Shown: piece after piece, positions 1 through 8,829 of the stretch
Position numbering within the stretch: the stretch's first letter is position 1
Layout of the letters: each line of letters begins with the position of its first letter
Assembly: GCA_963805945.1 (NCBI GenBank)
Contig: CAWDVP010000006.1
Location: forward strand, 32,001-96,000
DNA from: Vulcanimicrobiota bacterium
Lineage (GTDB): Bacteria; Vulcanimicrobiota; Vulcanimicrobiia; Eremiobacterales; Eremiobacteraceae
Direction of reading: 5' to 3'
DNA: 64,000 nt
Notes under the pieces: model-generated
Database searches by the model: none
What the model was told of the DNA's origin: nothing
Seen by the model: only the letters and a program-made list of their open reading frames with translations
Translations under genes and position numbers: made by a program

Positions 1-1
1 C

Positions 2-472
2 GTCGAGCGGGTGGAGGATATCTCGCCCGCGATGCTCGCGCGCCTCGGCGTGCTCGGCGTCGCGCTCGATCTCGATAACACCATCGTGCCGTGGCACACG
101 GCGGATCTCACGCCGAGCGTCGTGCGCTGGGTCGCGGACGTCTTGGGCTCCGGCGTGCGCGTCTGCCTGATCACCAACAACTACGCGCAGCAAGCGCTCG
201 ACGTCGCGCGGCAACTCGAGGTACCGATCGTCGCCGGCGCGCTCAAACCGGCGCCGGCGGCGTTCCGCAAAGCGCTGCGTGCGCTCGCGGTCGCCGCGCC
301 TGCGAGCGCGGTGATCGGCGATCAGCTGTTCACCGATGTGCTCGGGGGCAAACTGCTCGGCATGCACGCGATCCTCGTGCAGCCGATCGGCGCGCGCGAG
401 TTCTTCACCACCCGCTTCATGCGCATGGTCGAGCGCCCGCTGCTGGCGCGGATGCGCCGCTCGCAGACGTAG
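2..472 (+). CDS. yqeG: YqeG-family HAD IIIA phosphatase (probably 5'-truncated by the window edge)
   Basis: DLDNT motif I, ITNN, KP and IGDQLFTDVLGG motifs. Confidence 0.88.
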   Translation, partial: VERVEDISPAMLARLGVLGVALDLDNTIVPWHTADLTPSVVRWVADVLGSGVRVCLITNNYAQQALDVARQLEVPIVAGALKPAPAAFRKALRALAVAAPASAVIGDQLFTDVLGGKLLGMHAILVQPIGAREFFTTRFMRMVERPLLARMRRSQT

Positions 473-481
473 CGGCGCACG

Positions 482-1255
482 ATGACGCAGCGCTACGCCA
501 TCATCGGCGATCCCGTCGCGCACTCCCGCTCTCCCGCCATGCACAACGCCGCGTTCGCCGCGTGCGGCATCGACGCGACGTATGAGGCGTTTCGCGTGCG
601 CACCGCCGGTCTCGAAGCGTTCGTCGTCGAAGCGCGCCGCTTGCCGCTCGCGGGCTTCAGCGTCACCACGCCGCTCAAAGAATCTATTCTCACATATCTG
701 GACGAGGTGAGCGACGGAGCTGCGGCGATCAAAGCGGTCAATACGGTGCGCGTCGACAATGCGCGCTGGATCGGCGACAACACGGACGGGGCTGGTTTCG
801 TCGCCGGCCTCGCGGACATGTGGCAGTGGACGCCTGCCGGCGCGAGCGCGCTCGTCGCGGGTAGCGGGCCGGCGGCTCGCGCCATCGCGCAAGCGCTGCG
901 CTCGGCCGGCGCCGTGACGCTCTCATGCTGGGCGCGCGATGCGAACGCCGCTCGGGCGATCGGGCCGCCGCCGCAAAGGCCGCCAGACATCTTCGTCAGT
1001 GCGCTGCCCGCCGTCGCGGAGCTGCCGGATGAAGTACTGGAGTTCATCGGGCCGGCCACCAAGGTCGTGGACGTCAACTATGCGGCGGCGCGGTCGCCGG
1101 TGCCGGTGGGCCTTGGAAGCGCTCGCAGCGACGGCCTCGCCATGCTGCTCCATCAGGGCGCGCTGGCGTTCACCTGGTGGACCGGCCTGCCCCCGCCGCT
1201 GGCCGCTATGCGCCAGGCCCTCGGGGCGGTCGAATCGGGAGGGTCGGTCGAATAA
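482..1255 (+). CDS. aroE: shikimate dehydrogenase
   Basis: IGDPVAHSRSPAMHN, VTTPLK, AVNT, NTDG, DGLAMLLHQG. Confidence 0.92.
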   Translation: MTQRYAIIGDPVAHSRSPAMHNAAFAACGIDATYEAFRVRTAGLEAFVVEARRLPLAGFSVTTPLKESILTYLDEVSDGAAAIKAVNTVRVDNARWIGDNTDGAGFVAGLADMWQWTPAGASALVAGSGPAARAIAQALRSAGAVTLSCWARDANAARAIGPPPQRPPDIFVSALPAVAELPDEVLEFIGPATKVVDVNYAAARSPVPVGLGSARSDGLAMLLHQGALAFTWWTGLPPPLAAMRQALGAVESGGSVE

Positions 1256-1268
1256 ATTCGACCGCTCC
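1245..1268 (-). repeat. GGAG-type REP-like palindrome overlapping the aroE stop codon
   Basis: Reverse complement GGAG-CGGTCGAAT-TT-ATTCGACCG; related copies at 30739, 43345, 51166, 52039, 60586. Confidence 0.8.
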
Positions 1269-1313
1269 ATGCCCGTCACACCAGGCCCCAGGGGCGGGGT
1301 ACCGGCCCCGAGA

Positions 1314-1341
1314 TAACGAACCGCGCTGTCCCTGCCGATAC
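1314..1341 (+). promoter_or_regulatory. sigma28-like promoter upstream of pilT
   Basis: TAAC-N16-GCCGATAC. Confidence 0.6.
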
Positions 1342-1400
1342 AGTACTGAGGGCGGGTATTAGGCCCTATTCGGCTATGGGTGCGAGGCGGTAACGGGACA

Positions 1401-2489
1401 ATGGCTGCAAATGTAAGCGACCTGCTCGGTCTACGGATGGACGAGCTGATGCGCGTGACGATCGAACGCGGCGCATCGGACCTCCACATGAGCGTCGGTC
1501 TACCACCCACCCTGCGCATCGACGGGCGGCTCGCGCCGACGGAATTCCCGAAGCTTTCGCCCGACGATACCAAGCGGTTGGTCTACAGCATCCTGACAGA
1601 CCAGCAAAAAGAGCGCTTCGAGAAGAACCTCGAGCTCGATTTCTCGCACGGCCTCAAAGGCTTCGGCCGCTTCCGCGTCAACGCGTTCAAGCAGCGCGGC
1701 GTCATCGGCGCGGCCTTCCGCGCCATCCCGTCGACCGTGCCACCGCTTTCGACGCTCAATCTGCCAACCGTCATGGCGGACCTCACGACGCGCCCGCAAG
1801 GTCTCGTGCTCGTCACCGGGCCGACCGGCTCGGGCAAGTCGACGGCGCTCGCATCGATGCTCGACGTCATCAACTCGAGCGTGGCGCGGCACATCATGAC
1901 GATGGAAGACCCGATCGAGTATCTCCACTTCCATAAGATGTCGATCGTCAACCAGCGCGAGGTCGGCCAGGACACGCATTCCTTCCCGAACGCCTTACGC
2001 TCGGCGCTGCGCGAAGACCCGGACGTCGTGCTGGTCGGCGAAATGCGCGACATGGAGACCATCGCGGTGACGCTGACGATCGCCGAGACCGGTCACCTCG
2101 TGTACGCGACGCTGCACACCTCGGACGCCGCGCAGACCATCGACCGCATCATCGACGTCTTCCCGGCCCACCAGCAGCAGCAGATCCGCGTGCAGCTCGC
2201 CTCGGTCATCGAGGCGGTCGTGTGCTTGCGGCTGCTGCCGCACGCCTCGGGGGTCGGCCGCGTGCCGGCGGCCGAGGTCATGGTGGCGACGCCGGCCATC
2301 CGCAACCTCATCCGCGAGAACAAGACCCACCAGATCCACAATTCGATCGTGACCAGCCGCGGCATGCACATGCAGACCTTTGACATGTCGCTCCGCGACC
2401 TGGTGCGCAAACACATGATCACGCCTGAAGAGGCGTTCAACGCGTCCATGCACCCCGAAGAGCTGCGTAAGCTCATCGAGGGTGTCTAG
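1401..2489 (+). CDS. pilT: type IV pilus retraction ATPase PilT
   Basis: ASDLH, GPTGSGKST, EDPIEY, ALREDPDVVLVGEMRD, AIRNLIRE. Confidence 0.95.
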   Translation: MAANVSDLLGLRMDELMRVTIERGASDLHMSVGLPPTLRIDGRLAPTEFPKLSPDDTKRLVYSILTDQQKERFEKNLELDFSHGLKGFGRFRVNAFKQRGVIGAAFRAIPSTVPPLSTLNLPTVMADLTTRPQGLVLVTGPTGSGKSTALASMLDVINSSVARHIMTMEDPIEYLHFHKMSIVNQREVGQDTHSFPNALRSALREDPDVVLVGEMRDMETIAVTLTIAETGHLVYATLHTSDAAQTIDRIIDVFPAHQQQQIRVQLASVIEAVVCLRLLPHASGVGRVPAAEVMVATPAIRNLIRENKTHQIHNSIVTSRGMHMQTFDMSLRDLVRKHMITPEEAFNASMHPEELRKLIEGV

Positions 2490-2513
2490 ACGCCAGGAGG
2501 GGGAACGTATATC

Positions 2514-2585
2514 ATGCAGATGTCGCTGTGGTGGCTGCTGATCTTAGTGGTCATCCTGCTCGTGGGCCAGCTCGTCAAGCTCTAG
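2514..2585 (+). CDS. putative 23-aa hydrophobic small protein (MQMSLWWLLILVVILLVGQLVKL)
   Basis: AGGAGG upstream; fills the pilT-pilC gap; one TM-like stretch. Confidence 0.5.
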   Translation: MQMSLWWLLILVVILLVGQLVKL

Positions 2586-2614
2586 ACCGCCCTATCTATA
2601 AGGACTGAAGAGAA

Positions 2615-3841
2615 ATGCCAAGCTTCGCGTATCAGGCGAAAGATCAGGCCGGCAAGTCGGTCAACGGGGTCATCGAAGCGGAGAACGAGCGCGTCTTACG
2701 CGCCAAACTCCGGGAGATGAACTATTATGTGACCGGCATCACACAGAAGCAGACCGCAGGCCTGAACGCGGACGTCGGTGCGATCTTCAGCAAATGGCGC
2801 AGCGTCAACGAACAGGCGCTGGTCGTTTTCGCGCGTCAGTTCGCGACCATGATCAACGCCGGCCTCGCGATGGTGCGTTGCCTCGATGTCTTGAGCATCC
2901 AGACCGAAGATCAGGTGCTCAAGCCCGTCATCACCGCGGTGCGGCGCGAGGTGGAGGGCGGCTCCACCCTCGCCGCGGGCCTCGCGAAATTCCCCAAAGT
3001 CTTCTCGCCGCTGTTCACCAACATGGTGCGCGCTGGCGAGTTGGGCGGTATCCTTGACGACGTGCTCAACCGGCTCGCGACCTTCCTCGAAAAGGACTTC
3101 AACCTGAAGAAGAAGGTGAAGTCCGCGATGACCTATCCCGCCGTCATCCTCGTGATGGCCGTCCTCATCGTCATGTTCCTGGTCATCTTCATCATGCCGA
3201 CCTTCGTCGAGCTGTTCAACGGCATGCAGATGACCCTACCAGTGCCCACCAAGATCCTCATCGCGTTCACCAACGGCGCGCGCAACCCGTACGTCGTCAT
3301 CCCGACGGTCATCCTTATGATCGTCGCATTTGTCATCTTCAAGCGGTACACGGCTACTCAAGTGGGACGGCGTCAGTACGACGCCTTCAAACTCAAACTG
3401 CCCGTGTTCGGCATGCTCATCCGCAAGGTCGCCATTTCGCGGTTCTGCCGCACTCTGGGCACCCTGCTGCAGTCCGGCGTCCCGATAATGCAAGCGCTTG
3501 AGATCGTGGGCAAGGCCTCGGGTAACGAAGTGGTGGCCGAAACGGTCATAAAAGTGAGGGAATCGGTGCGTGAAGGCGAGTCGATCGCCGTGCCGCTGCA
3601 GCTGTCCGGGCTCTTCCCGCCGCTCGTCACCCAGATGGTCGCAGTCGGCGAAGAGACCGGTAACCTCGACGGCATGCTTTCGAAGATCTCGGATTTCTAC
3701 GACACCGAAGTCGAGTACATGCTGGCGTCGTTGACCTCGCTGCTCGAACCGATCCTGATCCTTGCGATGGGATTCATCGTCGGCTTCATCGTCATTTCGG
3801 TGTTCCTGCCGCTCTACCAGATCATTGGGAACATCAAGTAA
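2615..3841 (+). CDS. pilC: type IV pilus platform protein PilC (GspF family)
   Basis: FARQFATMINAG, NMVRAGELGG, AMTYP, QMVAVGEETGNLD, LEP motifs. Confidence 0.95.
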   Translation: MPSFAYQAKDQAGKSVNGVIEAENERVLRAKLREMNYYVTGITQKQTAGLNADVGAIFSKWRSVNEQALVVFARQFATMINAGLAMVRCLDVLSIQTEDQVLKPVITAVRREVEGGSTLAAGLAKFPKVFSPLFTNMVRAGELGGILDDVLNRLATFLEKDFNLKKKVKSAMTYPAVILVMAVLIVMFLVIFIMPTFVELFNGMQMTLPVPTKILIAFTNGARNPYVVIPTVILMIVAFVIFKRYTATQVGRRQYDAFKLKLPVFGMLIRKVAISRFCRTLGTLLQSGVPIMQALEIVGKASGNEVVAETVIKVRESVREGESIAVPLQLSGLFPPLVTQMVAVGEETGNLDGMLSKISDFYDTEVEYMLASLTSLLEPILILAMGFIVGFIVISVFLPLYQIIGNIK

Positions 3842-3848
3842 AGGGGAC

Positions 3849-4604
3849 ATGAGCACAGCCATCGCGGCACCGCTCGTACCCGCGTCGAACGACGAGTTCG
3901 CCGCCTATCTGAAAACGCGCTCGCGCGATCTGCGCGACGAGCTCGTGGTCGCCAATATGCCGCTCGTCAAGCGCATCGCGAACCACTTCGCGAAGGATCC
4001 GAGCCTGCGCGACGATCTCGTGCAGGTGGGCTACGTCGGTCTCATCAAGGCGGTCGAGAACTTCAATCCCACGCTCGGCGTGCCGTTCGAGGCGTACGCG
4101 CGGCCGGTGATCGGCGGCGAAATGTCGCACTACCTGCGCGACCTCGCGCCCGTGCTGCGGCCGCCGCGCTGGTATCGCGGCCTCAATCGGCGCTTGCACG
4201 CAGCCCGCGAGATGCTGCTCGCGAAGTTCGAACGCGAACCCTCTGCCGAAGAGCTCGCGGAAGCGATGAACACGACGGTGGACGGCGTCGAGGAGATATT
4301 GAAGCTGCGCGCTGCGTACAATTTGATGTCGCTGTCGCCAAACGCCGAGTCGCCCGAGACGCAAGTGAAGCTCGAGGCGATCCGCAGTCGGCGCCAGGTC
4401 TCGTTCCAGTTGCCGCTCGAGGACCGCGTGACGCTCGATATGGCGCTCGACCAGCTCGCGACGTTCGAGCGCAAGGTCGTGTATCTGTTCTTCTTCATGG
4501 ATCTCACGCAGACCGAGATCGCCGAACAGGTGGGCTCGAACCAGCGCCAGGTGTCGCGCACCCTGGCCAAGACGCTGCAGAAGATGCGAGATACCATCGC
4601 TTGA
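3849..4604 (+). CDS. group 3 sigma-70 factor, SigB/SigF/SigG family
   Basis: DLVQVGYVGLIKAVENF, GEMSHYLRD, REPS..ELAE, LTQTEIA..QVSR. Confidence 0.88.
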   Translation: MSTAIAAPLVPASNDEFAAYLKTRSRDLRDELVVANMPLVKRIANHFAKDPSLRDDLVQVGYVGLIKAVENFNPTLGVPFEAYARPVIGGEMSHYLRDLAPVLRPPRWYRGLNRRLHAAREMLLAKFEREPSAEELAEAMNTTVDGVEEILKLRAAYNLMSLSPNAESPETQVKLEAIRSRRQVSFQLPLEDRVTLDMALDQLATFERKVVYLFFFMDLTQTEIAEQVGSNQRQVSRTLAKTLQKMRDTIA

Positions 4605-6043
4605 TGCCGCGGTCGGCGGCCGCACCGACACGCAGCTCCATCATCTGGCTGTTCATCGCGCTCGTCCTGGGCGCGCTGCTCATTTTCTGGCGGCTTAGCG
4701 CGGCGAGCCTGTTCCTCGACGAGGCGTTCACGCTGTCCGTGGCGGGGGAACCTATCCCCCGGCTGCTTGCGCTCGTCGCGCAGTCCGATGCGTCGTCACC
4801 GCTCTTCCATCTTATGACCCACGCGGCGGAGACCGCGCTGCACTGGCCGGTGTGGGACTATCGCTGGCTGGTGGCGCCGTTCGGACTCGTGACTATTTTC
4901 GCGACCTGGGCGATCGCCGGCCGCCTGTTCGGGCCGAATGCCGCGAGCGTGGCGGGCATCGTCGTCGCCAGCTCGGCGATCCTGCTCGACTGGGATCGCA
5001 TGTACCGGATGTACGGGATCTTCGTCGCCTTGAGCGTGCTCTCGTGGTGGCTCCTGCTGGTCTTGGAAGAATCCACGGGGACGCGGCGCCGCTGGCTCGC
5101 CGCGGCGTACGTATGTTGCGCCGCCCTCATGCCGCTGTTCGTCTACCTTGGCTTTGTCGTCCTAGGCAGCCAAGCAGTGTACGCGCTCGCGCGCGCCAAC
5201 CTCCGCTGGCCTGTCGGCATCGCTTGTATGGCCGCGGTAGTAGCGCTCGTCCCATGGTGGTGGGGGTTTCAAGAGCAGCTGGCGCGCGGCGGCACAGCGG
5301 TGTTGGCGCGCGAAGTGCACTGGATCGGCGTCGCGCGCAATCTGGTCGCGCAGGATCTGACCATCGAATGGTATGCGCAGCAGCCGCTCGTCGACTGGCT
5401 CATCACCATCGTCACACTCGCGCTTGTTGGCGGCGCGCTGTGGCTGGGCAGACGCACCGCGCTGCCGTTCTGGCTCTTGCCGGCGGGGCTGCAGATCGCC
5501 GCGAGCGCGGTGCTGAGCAAGAATCTGGTCAATCCGCGCTATCTCCTGTACTCGGTGCCCGCCTTCGCGGTCTGCGTCGGCGCGGTCGCGGCATGGCAAT
5601 GGCGCGGGCGCATCCTCGGCATCGTCGCAGCGCTGCTCGTCGTCGGCGTGAATATTGTGGGCGCGCAGAACCTGTTGCTCGATCCGTTGTATCAGCGCAC
5701 CGATTGGTTCGCGGTCGCCGCGGTACTCACGCGCAATGGGCAGCCGGAGGACGTCGTCGTGCTCGATCAAGGCTACACGCATTACGCGGTAGAGCAGCTC
5801 GTGGGTTTCCGCGATCGCGAGACCTTCGACATCGAGTCGCAGCGCGCCGTCGCCGCATCGAAGGCGTGGCTGCACGCCCGGCCCAAGCGGCGCGTGTGGT
5901 ACGTGGAGAATCAATTCTATTACCCAGACCCGGGCAGGGAGGTCCTCGCATATCTCACCAGCGCGCGACCGATCGTCGCGAAGCTACTTACAGCGCAGAT
6001 CGACCGTCGGCGACACGGTGAGCATCGTGCTTTTCGGTCCTGA
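4604..6043 (+). CDS. multi-TM GT-C glycosyltransferase (PMT/ArnT-like); the 3' end may be frameshifted, with a true stop near 6065
   Basis: LFLDEAFT motif after the first TM, RMY motif, many TM helices, periplasmic C-terminal domain. Confidence 0.75.
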   Translation: MPRSAAAPTRSSIIWLFIALVLGALLIFWRLSAASLFLDEAFTLSVAGEPIPRLLALVAQSDASSPLFHLMTHAAETALHWPVWDYRWLVAPFGLVTIFATWAIAGRLFGPNAASVAGIVVASSAILLDWDRMYRMYGIFVALSVLSWWLLLVLEESTGTRRRWLAAAYVCCAALMPLFVYLGFVVLGSQAVYALARANLRWPVGIACMAAVVALVPWWWGFQEQLARGGTAVLAREVHWIGVARNLVAQDLTIEWYAQQPLVDWLITIVTLALVGGALWLGRRTALPFWLLPAGLQIAASAVLSKNLVNPRYLLYSVPAFAVCVGAVAAWQWRGRILGIVAALLVVGVNIVGAQNLLLDPLYQRTDWFAVAAVLTRNGQPEDVVVLDQGYTHYAVEQLVGFRDRETFDIESQRAVAASKAWLHARPKRRVWYVENQFYYPDPGREVLAYLTSARPIVAKLLTAQIDRRRHGEHRAFRS

Positions 6044-6060
6044 GCGACCTTCGTCGCACT

Positions 6061-6076
6061 TGTGACCGGAGTCACT
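6061..6076 (+). promoter_or_regulatory. CRP box upstream of pilin copy 1
   Basis: TGTGA-ccggag-TCACT, 9/10 match to TGTGA-N6-TCACA. Confidence 0.6.
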
Positions 6077-6102
6077 TCGGCCTCGTTTCCAGCTCACAAT
6101 GC

Positions 6103-6110
6103 GCCGATAT
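6103..6110 (+). promoter_or_regulatory. sigma28-like -10 element upstream of pilin copy 1 (poor -35)
   Basis: GCCGATAT; the -35 position reads TCGT. Confidence 0.45.
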
Positions 6111-6274
6111 ATGTCTATGTCAGACGATTCTTGGGCAGTCGCAGTAACAGAGAAGCGGTTCCGGCGCGCACAATTGAGAGCGAATGGTTTTCGCGGCGCG
6201 TAGTCGCCTGCCGAGCGGCGGTCTTGGGATCATCAAACTTGGCATTAGGAACTCACCGAAGGAGTATTTATACT

Positions 6275-6722
6275 GTGAAGAAGCTTCAAAAGGGGTTCAC
6301 GCTGATCGAGTTGATGATCGTCATTGCGATCATCGCGATTTTGGCGGCGATCCTCATCCCCAACTTCCTGCACGCGCGCGCCGAGTCTCAGACGTCGGCC
6401 TGCGAGGGCAACGAGAAACAGCTGGCGACCGCACTCGAAGAGTATGCGGTCGACAATTCGCGGTCAGTATCCCGCGAGCTTCGCCGCGCTGATCGCGGCG
6501 AACAGCGGCGTGTACCTCAAGCTCGTCCCGCCGGATCCGGCAGGCGGCAACTACACGTTGGCGGTCCCGGCGGCAGCGCCGTGCACGATGACACAGCCCA
6601 ACACGTACATCATCACCGACGGCGGTAACCACGACACGACGACCAGCCAAAGCCTCCCGCTCGCGGTGCCCGCCACCAAGGCGATCGCGTACTGCTCGGG
6701 CTCGGGCCTCGTCGCCAACTAG
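6275..6722 (+). CDS. pilA: type IV major pilin, copy 1 (1-nt insertion near 6460, probably a sequencing error)
   Basis: GTG start, class III signal KKLQKG|FTLIELMIVIAII; 448 nt versus 447 nt for copy 2. Confidence 0.88.
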
Positions 6723-6744
6723 ACCACAGATCCCCAACAACTGC

Positions 6745-6787
6745 CAAGCGGGATCCCGAGTGCGTGCTCGGGTCCCGCTTGTCATTT
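6745..6787 (+). terminator. stem-loop after pilin copy 1
   Basis: caagcggga-t-cccgag / ctcggg-tcccgcttg followed by tcattt. Confidence 0.55.
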
Positions 6788-6799
6788 CCGGGCGGGAGG

Positions 6800-6815
6800 T
6801 GTGACGTGCGTCAGA
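6800..6815 (+). promoter_or_regulatory. CRP box upstream of pilin copy 2
   Basis: TGTGA-cgtgcg-TCAGA, 9/10 match to consensus. Confidence 0.55.
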
Positions 6816-6995
6816 CCAGCCAACCATTCCCAGGGACGCTGCCAGCGGTCTAGGGGTCGGCGCAAAATGGGCATTCTAGAGGTTGTAAGGTGCGGCGCGT
6901 TTGATAATCGGGCAATGTTAATCCCCGGCTGCGAACGGCGATCGAGACCTAAAACTCTAACACCAAGGCAGCATGCCACAGAGAGGGTTTTCACT

Positions 6996-7442
6996 GTGAA
7001 GAAGCTTCAAAAGGGGTTCACGCTGATCGAGTTGATGATCGTCATTGCGATCATCGCGATTTTGGCGGCGATCCTCATCCCCAACTTCCTGCACGCGCGC
7101 GCCGAGTCTCAGACGTCGGCCTGCGAGGGCAATGAGAAACAGCTGGCCACCGCACTCGAAGAGTATGCGGTCGACAATTCCGGTCAGTATCCGGCGAGCT
7201 TCGCCGCGCTGATTGCGGCGAACAGCGGCGTGTACCTCAAGCTCGTCCCGCCGGATCCGGCAGGCGGCAACTACACGTTGGCGGTCCCTGCGGCAGCGCC
7301 GTGCACGATGACACAGCCCAACACGTACATCATCACCGACGGCGGTAACCACGACACGACGACCACCCAAAGCCTCCCGCTCGCGGTGCCCGCCACCAAG
7401 GCGATCGCGTACTGCTCGGGCTCGGGCCTCGTCGCCAACTAG
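6996..7442 (+). CDS. pilA: type IV major pilin, copy 2 (148 aa, intact)
   Basis: Class III signal with G|F cleavage site and E5; C-terminal cysteines. Confidence 0.92.
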   Translation: MKKLQKGFTLIELMIVIAIIAILAAILIPNFLHARAESQTSACEGNEKQLATALEEYAVDNSGQYPASFAALIAANSGVYLKLVPPDPAGGNYTLAVPAAAPCTMTQPNTYIITDGGNHDTTTTQSLPLAVPATKAIAYCSGSGLVAN

Positions 7443-7467
7443 ACCACGTCCCAATCCGTTAGGAGCG

Positions 7468-7506
7468 AAGCGGGACTGTGAGGAGTACTCAGGGTCCCGC
7501 TTTCTT
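7468..7506 (+). terminator. intrinsic terminator after pilin copy 2
   Basis: aagcgggac ... gtcccgctt stem followed by tctt. Confidence 0.6.
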
Positions 7507-7546
7507 GCCTCCCGCTGACGGTATGTGGAGGACGCAGAAGGTCAAT

Positions 7547-8006
7547 ATGCAGACGCGAAGACCGGCGCGAGGTTTCACCCTCATCGAGTTGATGATCGTC
7601 ATCGCCATCATCGCCGATGCTCGCTGCCATCCTCATCCCGAACTTCATGCACGCCCGCGCCGAGGCGCACACGTACAGCTGCGAGGGCAACCTCAAGCAA
7701 CTGGCGACAGCGATGGAAGAATACGCGGCAGACAATGCAGGGTCATATCCAGCGTCGATCGCGGTGCTGCAGGCCGCCAACAGCGGCGTCTACTTGAAGA
7801 GCGTGCCGCCGGATCCGGGCGGCGGCGCTTATACGATAACCAATACCGCCGTGGCGCCGTGCGTCTCGGTCGGTGGCGGGCCCACATACACGATCACCGA
7901 TGGGGATCAGCACGATCCAACCACGGGCACCGGCATTCCAGGCTGGGTCGTGGGGAATAAAGGGGTCGATTATTGCGCGGGTACCGGGCTCATTTCGGTT
8001 CCGTGA
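7547..8006 (+). CDS. third, divergent type IV pilin (1-nt frameshift near 7615)
   Basis: RPARG|FTLIELMIVIAII, continuing as LAAILIPNFMHARAE in another frame; paralogous to copies 1 and 2. Confidence 0.85.
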
Positions 8007-8015
8007 TCGCCTGAC

Positions 8016-8783
8016 GTGACGGCGATCGAACTCATCCTCGTGAGCGCGTTCGGCCTGGCGATCGGCTCGTTCCTCAACGTGGTCATCTACCGTCTGCCGC
8101 GCGGCGAATCGCTGTCGTTCCCGCCCTCTCATTGCACCACGTGCTCGCACCGGCTGAGCTGGTTCGACAACCTGCCGGTGGCGTCGTGGCTCGTCTTGCG
8201 CGGGCGCTGCCGCTATTGCGGCGCGAGCATCTCCCCGCGCTATCCGCTCGTCGAGCTGATGACCGCGGCGCTGTTCATGGTGAGCCTGCTCGTCTTCGGC
8301 GAGAGCGCGGCCGCCGTCACGGCGGCGTTGCTCGGCGCGCTGCTGGTGGTCATCGCGTTCATCGATCTCGACCATCTGCTCGTCCTCGACGGGACGACGA
8401 TCGCCGCCGCGGTGATCGGGCTCGCGGCGGCAGCGGTCACGCATCAACTGCTTGCCGCGCTCGAGGGTGCGGCGTGCGGCGTCGTGCTGTTCGGGGTCAT
8501 CTATCTCGCGACGCGCGGCGCCGGCATGGGGTTGGGCGACGTAAAGCTCGCGGCGGTGCTCGGTCTTTTCTTGGGATTCCCGCTGAGCCTAGCGGCATTT
8601 CTCGCCGCCTTCGTCATCGGAGCCGCGCTCGCGATCCCTGTGGTGGTGGCGCGGCGCCGCTCGCGGCGAGACGCACTGCCGTTCGGGCCGTTCCTGGTGA
8701 TGGCCGCGACGGCGGCCACCTTCGCCCCGGCCCTGTTCGCAGGCGCGCTCCAGGCGTACCGGGGTCTTTTCCCCGGCTACTGA
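8016..8783 (+). CDS. pilD: prepilin peptidase
   Basis: GSFLNVVIYRLP, CxxC..CxxC, GMGLGDVKL, PFGPFL. Confidence 0.95.
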   Translation: MTAIELILVSAFGLAIGSFLNVVIYRLPRGESLSFPPSHCTTCSHRLSWFDNLPVASWLVLRGRCRYCGASISPRYPLVELMTAALFMVSLLVFGESAAAVTAALLGALLVVIAFIDLDHLLVLDGTTIAAAVIGLAAAAVTHQLLAALEGAACGVVLFGVIYLATRGAGMGLGDVKLAAVLGLFLGFPLSLAAFLAAFVIGAALAIPVVVARRRSRRDALPFGPFLVMAATAATFAPALFAGALQAYRGLFPGY

Positions 8784-8805
8784 TGCGGCCGGCACGTGCC
8801 GATAC
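8778..8805 (+). promoter_or_regulatory. sigma28-like promoter upstream of crp
   Basis: TACT-N16-GCCGATAC. Confidence 0.45.
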
Positions 8806-8829
8806 ACCGGAATGAGGCGGTGATCAGAC

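Noticed and set aside
6815..6870. Possible c-di-GMP-I riboswitch before pilin copy 2 (..aaccattc..gggacgc..ggtcta..)
   Set aside because: Only a loose resemblance; the GAAA tetraloop and GCAAA elements are missing. An Rfam covariance search would settle it.
7477..7493. CRP box before the third pilin
   Set aside because: The spacing is wrong (N7), the second half-site is poor, and it lies within the terminator hairpin.
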